Positions 56,356-64,000 of a stretch of DNA of 64,000 bases are shown here, in pieces. The stretch covers positions 4,266 to 68,265 of the forward strand of contig JBDRQT010000053.1 in the NCBI GenBank assembly GCA_043826135.1, written 5' to 3'. How positions within the stretch are numbered: the first letter of the stretch is position 1; every line of letters begins with the position of its first letter. The notes under the pieces are model-generated. The model worked only from the letters and a program-made list of their open reading frames with translations, was not told the origin of the DNA and searched no databases. This stretch comes from an archaeon (GTDB lineage Archaea > Nanobdellota > Nanobdellia > Woesearchaeales > GW2011-AR15). Made by a program: the position numbers and the translations under genes.

Positions 56356-59300
56356 TCATCCCAATCTGACTTTGATTTCCACTTTTTTTCTTGGCTCCTT
56401 GTCAAGAGACAATTTGCTTGTGCCGCCGACACTTACAAGCTTGGTTGCAAGAGGTTCGTATAGGTATCCATAAATCTCTATACCCTTTCTTTTAGGCAGG
56501 CAGTATGGGTTTGATACAAAGTCACCTGTGGTGATGCCGCTAACATCAACATCTCTCAAATAGTCAACTATAAGCAGTGGACTGAACAACATTTCAGGAT
56601 CAATGATATTTAACTCAATGTCAGCCGCAGTTAGCCCAGGTTTATTTATGACATATTTGAGGTTGAGGCAGCTGCCGTCGTCTTCAGGATCTGGAGCAAT
56701 CTTGATTGCGGGGATATTGACATTAAATGTTATTTCCTTTGTCATAGCAATCCTTCCTTTAACATCAATGGTCATGGCATCGCTTGTCTTTTTGGCATTC
56801 TTTACATAGACTGCAGTTTCTAATTCCTGTTTTTCTCCAGACTGCAAGCTGCCAACTTGGAAACTGTTCCTATCTGCTTTCATCCCGCTAGGAAGCTGGA
56901 CATCTATCGTCATTGCTTCGCTCGTGCTGGTCATCTTATTCTCAACTGTAATACTCAGGTCGAACACACCGAAAATATCTACAGCCTGCATTGAAGTCAT
57001 ATCTATCGTGACCCTTTGACTTGCAGAACAATCTGTTTCAACCGTACCATCGCAGTTTTCGTCGACATCATTTCCGCAGATCTCCTGCATCGCTGGACTT
57101 ATGTTATCGTTGTTGTCATTGCAGTCTGTTCCGTAGTGGCAAGAATCTGATTTTAGATAGTAACCATCATCATCGCTGTCGACACAGTCCCATAAACTCT
57201 CACCGCCGTCAGAAGCTGCACAAAGTTGCACTCCGAAATCACAAATTGCTCCGTCAACGCATGAATCCTGTTTCCCAGCACAGTCAACGCATGCGCATCC
57301 TTCCCATGCCTGACAGACACCATTTGGTGGTCCGATGCAACCAGCTTTTACCATATGATCTTCACAAGTGTCATCACAAGTAGCATCTAGGCAAAGAGTT
57401 GTGCCTGGTTGACATGAAGGTGCATTCCTTGGCATTAAACATACCCTGCTCACCCAATCACATATAAGACCTGTCTTACAGCTATCTTTGTTAGCATAGC
57501 AGTCGTCACAAAGGCAACCCTCTCCAAATTCACATATTCCATTTGGTATTCCGCTACATTCTGTCTTTCCTCCACGTGTTGCACATGTTGCATCACATGT
57601 CTTGTCATTGCACATTGTTGTTCCGCTAGTGCAGCCGCAAATCTGGGCACTGTCGCATGCAGCTCCGTTTGTGCAGCTTCCTTGCTTATCAGTGCAGTCT
57701 ATGCAAGCGCAACCTTCTCCGACTTTGCATACGCCATCTGCAGGACCTACACATCCCATATTAGCTGTATCTGTCTTGCTGCAGTCCTGACTGCAGGTTC
57801 CGTCCCTGCAAAGAGTTGTTCCCGGCATGCATGGGCTAAATATCTCCTCGCATTTCTTTGCTGTTGTATTCCATGAACACAAAAAGTTGGTCTTGGACCC
57901 ATAGCATGTATCAAAATGACAGCTTGCTTCGTTATTGTATTTTGAACAATCCATATTCGCTGGACAGTCCACACAAGTGTCACCGGCATTTGTGAATATC
58001 ATCGACATGATATCATATGTGCTTGCAGTGTCCACCAAATAATCTGAACAATCAAATAGACATTCTTCGTAGTCACAGTTTATTTTCATTCCCCACAGGC
58101 TCTCTCCACAAGCAGTACTAGCTGCACATGACAGTGCACATTTAGGGCTTGACCACTGGAAAGGATTCTTGAGCGGTGTTATTTTTCTTTCTGTCAGATA
58201 GATATTGTTCATTGATTTTGATCCTGAATATTCAAGGTCATATGTCAGCATGGCGCTTGATGAGTATATCATGCAATCTACATCATTGTTTGTCCTGCTT
58301 TCAAATGTGAGCTGGGTACCAGTTGATGTCATCACATCAGTAGGCTCAAATCCTATTGTCTTTGCCTTTTGAATACCTCCTGTGACTTTGCCTTTTGCAA
58401 TATGCTCAGTGCCATCCTGTGAATATGCACATACGTAATAATTGCAGTTTGCTTCCCAGATATAGATTCCATTGTAATCGAAATAGGGTTCATCCACAAG
58501 TCCGTCACAGTCATTATCTTTTCCGTCTATTGTGAACTCAGTAGTCTCGGTCTGCACGCATGCGTTGCCGCAGAGTTCTGTCAGATAATTGCATTCAAGA
58601 CCTGATACGCAGCTATCCTGTTTGTTGCTGCAATCCTTGCATGCGCAGCCTTCTCCAAGTTCGCATATCATATTTTCTGTAATGCATCCCTGGTTTGCAG
58701 TATCAGTTACTGCGCAGTTCGCGCTGCATGTATTATCTACACATAATGCTGTTCCTGCTGGGCAGCCGCAAAGTCCATCCACTGAGCATACTGCGCCCTG
58801 TGTACAGCCCCTGTTCTGGCCTGTGCAATCTGAGCAGCCGCATCCCTCATCTGCTCCGCAAACTCCATTTGGCGCACCAACACACCCGAGTCCTGTGCAT
58901 TCTGGACTGCAGGTTCCATCTGCACATTTGCCTGTTCCAGGTGCACAATTTGTAACTTCGCATGAGCAAGTAAGTTTATTGCACTCTCCGCCAGGACAAT
59001 CTGAATCCTGGTTGCATCCACCGCAATCAAGTTTATTGCAGGTTGCATCATAGCTGCAGCCGCATATCACATCTGTGCATTCATCTTTCCTGACATACTG
59101 GACATGGCTTCCTGCATCACTAGAACAATATGTCTCCTGGCAGTTGAACTGAGGATTTTCGCTTACAATGTCGCATGCCTCATCCGAACCAAGTTCTCCG
59201 TCACCGCATCTCGAACAATCTTCTCCCAAATACTCAGCACAAAAGTCCAGGTCTGCCTGATCAAGAACAGGATCCTGGTTTGCATTATACTGATCAGGGT

Positions 59301-60762
59301 TCACACATGAGCCTTCTGTTGCTTTTTCAGCTAGGATACAGCTCTGGATTGCTGCATAGTCATACTCATCCACAGCGCCATTAGTGTTAATATCACATCT
59401 TTCGCAGCCTGATTTGCAAGTTGTCTGCGCAACAACATTCCATTCAAAATTTGTACATGTGGCTGTTAGTCCACCTTGCTTCAAACAATAATTATAACCT
59501 GCAGGTCTGCAAATCAGATTTTCATCTGCGCAGGCATATGAATCAGAGCAGCATGCGCTGTTTTCCATCTGAGTCCCATCGACATTTGTCATGTATGTTA
59601 TGCCAAATCTGGTTTTTGTTTCAAGCGGGATTTCACCAATATCATCTCCGCAGCACAGGCCAATATCATCATCAGGAAACCCATCCTGTCCCAATGTGCA
59701 CTCGTTATTATGATCGATATCGCAATCAAACCACTTCGAAAGTCTCAAATCAACATTATTTATCTTATCACAGGTAGCTGCATTAATATCTGCATCCGCC
59801 CATCCACCTTGCTTTCCGTCAAAAGACATGCACACTTCATATTCATTATCTGCACCATCGGCATAGACACCTGAATTCGTCTTGTTATATTGCCCATTAC
59901 GTTTGACACAGTCTGTTGGGTTTGGCGAGCACTGGGTTATACTGTCATCTGACAGGCAGCTGCTGTCCATGTCCCATTCTGCATAATAAGGAAGGCCTGG
60001 ATTTAAAACATAATCACTCTGCTGTCCATAATAATCATAAATATTACCGTCAACGCTTGACTCAGGATAGACAGGGCAGTAGAAAAAATTTAGATAAGTC
60101 AGGTCCATGTCTCTCTCTACATGGCAATTATATGTATCTTGGTCCAGTGTCTCTTTTATGGTATTTCTGTTCCCATCAATAGTAATCGTGACTCCTGGTT
60201 CCGGGCTGACATCAACTGTATCAGGAATTGTGAATGCATGCCTGAAGGTATAATCTTCCTGAGTATGGCTTGCATCTGTCCATGTGTCGCTCTGACCTGT
60301 TGAATACGCTACTCTTATAGTAATATCTCCGCAATAATGGCTATTTCCTTGGATTGTAAATGACCTGTTGTTCTCAGCAATACAGGGTTTGCTGACTGCA
60401 ACCCCATCTAAAGACGCGGGATTATACATACAAACATGACTCGTACACTCCGGACTAGCCTTGAATTTGCTTCCGCATTTATTAGTGCATGCATTTCCGC
60501 AGCCATTGCTGCCACATTCCCATGAACCTGGGCAGCTGTTATCACATCCACCCTCTTCACCACCACCACCACCACACTGTGGGCCAAAACAGCTAATGCC
60601 ACCATGGTCATTATAATAAGTTCCATAAGAGTGAACCTCGTGGTTTACTACATCTGCCGTTGTACCAGGATAAATTGTTCCTACCACTGAAACATTAAAA
60701 AATCCCATTGATAACAATAATACTAATACTAAACATACTAAAGAAACTACTTGATTTTTCAT
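56356..60762 (-). CDS. Giant secreted cysteine-rich multi-repeat surface protein (1468 aa)
   Basis: Signal peptide MKNQVVSLVCLVLVLLLSMGFF. At least 5 tandem ~60-aa Cys-rich modules of form C-x-D-x-TC-x3-C-x2-TDTAN-x-GC-x5-G-x-C-x3-EGCAC-x-DC-x2-KQDSC-x-G-x2-CD. Two MopE-like DNDCDG putative metal-binding motifs (GKDNDCDGLVDE; DCNDNNDNISPAMQEICGNDVDENCDGTVE). Cys-free beta-rich C-terminal region. Confidence 0.6.
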   Translation of the reverse strand: MKNQVVSLVCLVLVLLLSMGFFNVSVVGTIYPGTTADVVNHEVHSYGTYYNDHGGISCFGPQCGGGGGEEGGCDNSCPGSWECGSNGCGNACTNKCGSKFKASPECTSHVCMYNPASLDGVAVSKPCIAENNRSFTIQGNSHYCGDITIRVAYSTGQSDTWTDASHTQEDYTFRHAFTIPDTVDVSPEPGVTITIDGNRNTIKETLDQDTYNCHVERDMDLTYLNFFYCPVYPESSVDGNIYDYYGQQSDYVLNPGLPYYAEWDMDSSCLSDDSITQCSPNPTDCVKRNGQYNKTNSGVYADGADNEYEVCMSFDGKQGGWADADINAATCDKINNVDLRLSKWFDCDIDHNNECTLGQDGFPDDDIGLCCGDDIGEIPLETKTRFGITYMTNVDGTQMENSACCSDSYACADENLICRPAGYNYCLKQGGLTATCTNFEWNVVAQTTCKSGCERCDINTNGAVDEYDYAAIQSCILAEKATEGSCVNPDQYNANQDPVLDQADLDFCAEYLGEDCSRCGDGELGSDEACDIVSENPQFNCQETYCSSDAGSHVQYVRKDECTDVICGCSYDATCNKLDCGGCNQDSDCPGGECNKLTCSCEVTNCAPGTGKCADGTCSPECTGLGCVGAPNGVCGADEGCGCSDCTGQNRGCTQGAVCSVDGLCGCPAGTALCVDNTCSANCAVTDTANQGCITENMICELGEGCACKDCSNKQDSCVSGLECNYLTELCGNACVQTETTEFTIDGKDNDCDGLVDEPYFDYNGIYIWEANCNYYVCAYSQDGTEHIAKGKVTGGIQKAKTIGFEPTDVMTSTGTQLTFESRTNNDVDCMIYSSSAMLTYDLEYSGSKSMNNIYLTERKITPLKNPFQWSSPKCALSCAASTACGESLWGMKINCDYEECLFDCSDYLVDTASTYDIMSMIFTNAGDTCVDCPANMDCSKYNNEASCHFDTCYGSKTNFLCSWNTTAKKCEEIFSPCMPGTTLCRDGTCSQDCSKTDTANMGCVGPADGVCKVGEGCACIDCTDKQGSCTNGAACDSAQICGCTSGTTMCNDKTCDATCATRGGKTECSGIPNGICEFGEGCLCDDCYANKDSCKTGLICDWVSRVCLMPRNAPSCQPGTTLCLDATCDDTCEDHMVKAGCIGPPNGVCQAWEGCACVDCAGKQDSCVDGAICDFGVQLCAASDGGESLWDCVDSDDDGYYLKSDSCHYGTDCNDNNDNISPAMQEICGNDVDENCDGTVETDCSASQRVTIDMTSMQAVDIFGVFDLSITVENKMTSTSEAMTIDVQLPSGMKADRNSFQVGSLQSGEKQELETAVYVKNAKKTSDAMTIDVKGRIAMTKEITFNVNIPAIKIAPDPEDDGSCLNLKYVINKPGLTAADIELNIIDPEMLFSPLLIVDYLRDVDVSGITTGDFVSNPYCLPKRKGIEIYGYLYEPLATKLVSVGGTSKLSLDKEPRKKVEIKVRLG

Positions 60763-60848
60763 CCCACAACCCCTCTTTTAATTTTATAAATGACTTATAA
60801 AAAACTCTTTCTACAGAGTTTATAAAGTTTTCGATTGAAACTCTACCA

Positions 60849-62255
60849 TCATTTTGAAACAATCATACCAAGCCCTGCCTTAAAATATCTCAATAATTCT
60901 GACATTGACCTGATTTGTAATATTGTTTTCAGGATAAATCCGGGCCGCATGTAAAATTTCAGGTACGCTTTTCTTATATATTTGTCAAGCTGCTCATCTG
61001 TCAGGGCGCAATTAATCCTGGGCAGTGATTTCTCATTTTTCTTATCAATTATATATTTTTTCCAATAATCTGCTCCAACTTTTTTTTCGACATCAGCGTA
61101 CAATCCAGTGCCGGGAAGTATACTTAGCCTGCTGAACTGTGCATAATCTAGCGGAAGAGAAAGCGCAAGTTTGATGGTTTTTTTGATTGTCGCTTCAGTT
61201 TCGCCGGGACATCCAAACATAAAATAACCAAAGGCCAGAATTCCCTCTCTCTTTGTCAGATTAATTGCTGATTTTATCTTGGCGATGGTTGTAAATTTCT
61301 TAATATTTTTCAGTATCACTTCATCACCAGATTCTATTCCATAGTATATCCGATAGCATCCTGCTGATTTCATCGATCTCAGCATCTCATAATCTATGGT
61401 ATCAACCCTGGACCTGCAGCTCCAATGAATTTTTAATCTTCTTTTTCTTATTTCACTGCAGATTTCCAGCACCCTTTTTTTGTTCAAAGTAAACAGGGGA
61501 TCAAAGATATCTATCTCTCTGACGCCATATCTAACATAGCATTCTTCCATCTCATCTACGACATTTATTGCGCTTCTGTACCTTATATCTCCTGTCCTCT
61601 GTTCACAGAAATTGCAGCTGAACGTGCAACCTCTGCTGGTTATCATGATTGTGTAGTTCCTGTATTTTGATATGAAAGAATAATACTTATCCATCGGAAG
61701 CAGGTTCCTGGCTGGAAACGCCACTTTATCCAAATCCTTGATTTTCTCTCTTTTGGGAGAAATAATCACATGTTCATTTTTTCTATAGCATATTCCTTTT
61801 ATTCCTGCAAAATCTAGTTTTTTGTCTATTGCATTAACAAGTTCAACTACAGTCTCTTCAGCTTCTCCGATTATCCCAAAATCAATTTCTTTGTTCATCA
61901 GTGTCTCTTTGGGATATAATTCAAGATGAGCGCCGCCAACTATGACCTTTGTTTTGATTGTTTTCTTGAAATATCTTATCACATCCAATGTCTCATGGAA
62001 GAGATAGGTAGTCAAGGTGAACATAATTATTTCAGGTGAAAATTTATTACACAGCCTCTGCATATCCTCAAGTGAATATCCCGAAGCCATTGCATCCAAA
62101 AAAATTAGATCATGCCCTGCTTTTTGAAGTGTGCCTGCCACATATGCCATGCTCATGTTCGGATAGATTCCGTAATTATCAGCGACTGCCTTGATGTTCG
62201 GCTGATTTTTGACAGATACTACCCCAAATGAAGGATAAATCAGTGCTATCTTCAT
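60849..62255 (-). CDS. B12-binding-domain radical SAM protein
   Basis: KIALIYPSF... B12-binding-like N-terminal domain. Radical SAM CxxxCxxC in TSRGCTFSCNFCEQ. Same family as the 36078-37565 gene. Confidence 0.65.
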   Translation of the reverse strand: MKIALIYPSFGVVSVKNQPNIKAVADNYGIYPNMSMAYVAGTLQKAGHDLIFLDAMASGYSLEDMQRLCNKFSPEIIMFTLTTYLFHETLDVIRYFKKTIKTKVIVGGAHLELYPKETLMNKEIDFGIIGEAEETVVELVNAIDKKLDFAGIKGICYRKNEHVIISPKREKIKDLDKVAFPARNLLPMDKYYSFISKYRNYTIMITSRGCTFSCNFCEQRTGDIRYRSAINVVDEMEECYVRYGVREIDIFDPLFTLNKKRVLEICSEIRKRRLKIHWSCRSRVDTIDYEMLRSMKSAGCYRIYYGIESGDEVILKNIKKFTTIAKIKSAINLTKREGILAFGYFMFGCPGETEATIKKTIKLALSLPLDYAQFSRLSILPGTGLYADVEKKVGADYWKKYIIDKKNEKSLPRINCALTDEQLDKYIRKAYLKFYMRPGFILKTILQIRSMSELLRYFKAGLGMIVSK

Positions 62256-62340
62256 GCATAATTAAAATCTATCAGACTTTAATAACATTATGTTGAGTGA
62301 TTTAGAAAAGAATATAAGAGATAAGATATTATAATCTGTT

Positions 62341-64000
62341 GTGGGGGTAAATCATTTTGTTGCTGGTTATGGTTCTCTTTATTCTAAAATTGATTCTCCT
62401 GATTTTGAGCATGGTGATTTTGCTATCTTAGCAAGCAACAAGGCCTTCACTAAGGGAGATATTACTGTATTTCTTTTCGGCAGGATAACTAATATGACTA
62501 GCAGCAGTATCAAATTAATAAATTTCCCGCATCAGGAAGAGTTGATTCTTAGATTATTCAAAGAAGAGGGAACTAAATTCATAACAAGACTAGATGGTTA
62601 TTTTTTGATCATGATAATTGATAAAAAAGAATTGTATGTCTTTAACAACAGATATTCAAATACCCAATGCTATTTCCTCAGGCAAAATAATTCTTTCATA
62701 TTATGTGACTCATACAAGCCATTGCTCAGATTTTTGGATAAAAAAGAGATGAACATGGATGTAATATCGCTATTTCTGAATTCAGGTTATTCCTATTCTG
62801 ATAAAATGCCTTTCAAGGATACTTATAGAATGGTACCTGGCTACTACATGATAATCTCAAAAAATAAATTTGATCAGAAACGATATTCTCAGATGAAATT
62901 TAGCAGGCTGCCTGTCAAAGACATCGATGCTGCACTTGATAAATATGAAGAGCTTTGGACCGATGCAATAAGGGATTTCCAGGCATTTAATGGTACAAAA
63001 AACCTCGGGAGCGCGCTATCCGGCGGTCTTGATACATCATGGGTAGTTTTCATGGCTGCAATGACTAGCAAAAAACCGCTTCATACTTATACCTGTTACT
63101 ATCAATATTCATTGTTCAATGAGCTTAAGGAATCATCCTATGTTACAAAAAAGATAAATGGAATCCATCACAAGATACCTGTTACAGAAAATGACCTAGA
63201 CCTGATCCCAGAGATGATTGATATTGCTGAAGAGCCGGTTCTATCATCATCTTTGTCTCTTTTTAAAATGATCAACACCGCAAGCAGTGATGTTGACACA
63301 CTGCTCACCGGAGATGGAGGAAATAATATATTTCATCATCTTTATCCTGTAAGTGAGATTCATAGATACATCAAAGATTGGCCTTATCTTCTCAGAAAAC
63401 TGTTTTTTCTCTTCATTGACGGCCTGGCAAGATTATCTGGAAATGAAAGATTGTGGGAGGCAAGATACCCTTTGCATGCGTTTTCATATCCGGATTTTTA
63501 TAATAATTTTTACAAGAATTTGACTTGCTACAGGCATTTTGACCCAATGCAAAGGAAAAAACTATTCAGGCCAAATGTCCTAAAAGAATTTGATGAAGCA
63601 AATATGGTTGGCCAGATCCCAATCAGGAAAAAAACTTTTAATGATGACCTTGTGAATGCTAGATTCACATGGGGTAATATGCAGTATGTGACAACATTCC
63701 ATGAAAAATTTGCAAAATCAAAAAACATGAATGTTTTTCCACCATACCAGAATCAGGCTCTGATGGACTTCATTTGTTCTCTGCCCTATGAGCTTCTGTA
63801 TAAAGGGAACACCTTAAAACGCCTAACGAACCGTGTATATAAAATGTATTTCCACAAGATGGCACTGAAACGGCATTTTCCCTCTTCCTTTGTTGACAAG
63901 GTCGGTCAGCCGTTTGACCAACCGTTCCACGGTTGGTTCCAAAGAAGGCCGGTAATTATTGAACTATTGATAGATAGCCTGAAGCGAAGAGGCTGGTATA
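62341..64000 (+). CDS. Asparagine synthetase-like PP-loop protein lacking the N-terminal Cys nucleophile (partial, runs off window end)
   Basis: Open frame from GTG 62341 to the window end (not in the ORF track because it is truncated). PP-loop SGGLDTS. N-terminus GVNHFVAGYG has no MCG, unlike the bona fide asnB at 53597-55492. Confidence 0.5.
   Translation, partial: MGVNHFVAGYGSLYSKIDSPDFEHGDFAILASNKAFTKGDITVFLFGRITNMTSSSIKLINFPHQEELILRLFKEEGTKFITRLDGYFLIMIIDKKELYVFNNRYSNTQCYFLRQNNSFILCDSYKPLLRFLDKKEMNMDVISLFLNSGYSYSDKMPFKDTYRMVPGYYMIISKNKFDQKRYSQMKFSRLPVKDIDAALDKYEELWTDAIRDFQAFNGTKNLGSALSGGLDTSWVVFMAAMTSKKPLHTYTCYYQYSLFNELKESSYVTKKINGIHHKIPVTENDLDLIPEMIDIAEEPVLSSSLSLFKMINTASSDVDTLLTGDGGNNIFHHLYPVSEIHRYIKDWPYLLRKLFFLFIDGLARLSGNERLWEARYPLHAFSYPDFYNNFYKNLTCYRHFDPMQRKKLFRPNVLKEFDEANMVGQIPIRKKTFNDDLVNARFTWGNMQYVTTFHEKFAKSKNMNVFPPYQNQALMDFICSLPYELLYKGNTLKRLTNRVYKMYFHKMALKRHFPSSFVDKVGQPFDQPFHGWFQRRPVIIELLIDSLKRRGWY

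Noticed and set aside
57021-59777. Multiple 60-150-aa plus-strand ORFs inside the giant Cys-rich gene
   Set aside because: They are antisense to a long, repeat-structured CDS. Their His/Gln/Pro-rich translations reflect the antisense of Cys/Gly codons.

Overview
AT-rich archaeal window, probably a small-genome DPANN-like lineage. Archaeal hallmarks: a histone, aIF2-alpha, S27e, Nop10, L10e, a Nog1-type GTPase, an intron-containing tRNA-Met(CAT), class-III-signal pilin-like genes. Bacterial-type genes are also present: Lgt and a bacterial-type triosephosphate isomerase. Housekeeping content: pheT, purA-purB-guaB, IMPase, Ham1, HIT, MiaB/MtaB-type methylthiotransferase, PGI/PMI. Main accessory signal: a tightly packed six-gene minus-strand operon (5887-14451) between the Nop10/aIF2a/S27e block and the histone/purA block. 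It encodes a ThiF/E1-like adenylyltransferase, a JAB/MPN metallopeptidase, a protein ending in ...PPAGGLA, a possible E2-like protein and two large ORFans (952 and 286 aa). I read this as a candidate ubiquitin-like conjugation system that is not obviously one of the described families. Second accessory region (48-64 kb): a glycosylation/cell-envelope locus (GT2, GT-C, GT2, GT4, GT2, AsnB) next to a 1468-aa secreted Cys-rich multi-repeat giant protein, a B12-radical-SAM enzyme and an AsnB-like protein lacking the N-terminal Cys. Other points: three tandem ~170-aa paralogs, a tandem-NTase protein with a Met/Gly/Pro-rich linker, a divergent promoter packed with TGAGAC and TTCCACAGGAAAT repeats, ~14-25 nt direct repeats flanking a 3.2-kb two-gene segment, a purA whose conserved N-terminus lies upstream of any canonical start codon, and sub-60-aa genes (Nop10, S27e) missed by the ORF track. 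All calls are from manual reading of the translations; no database searches were possible.
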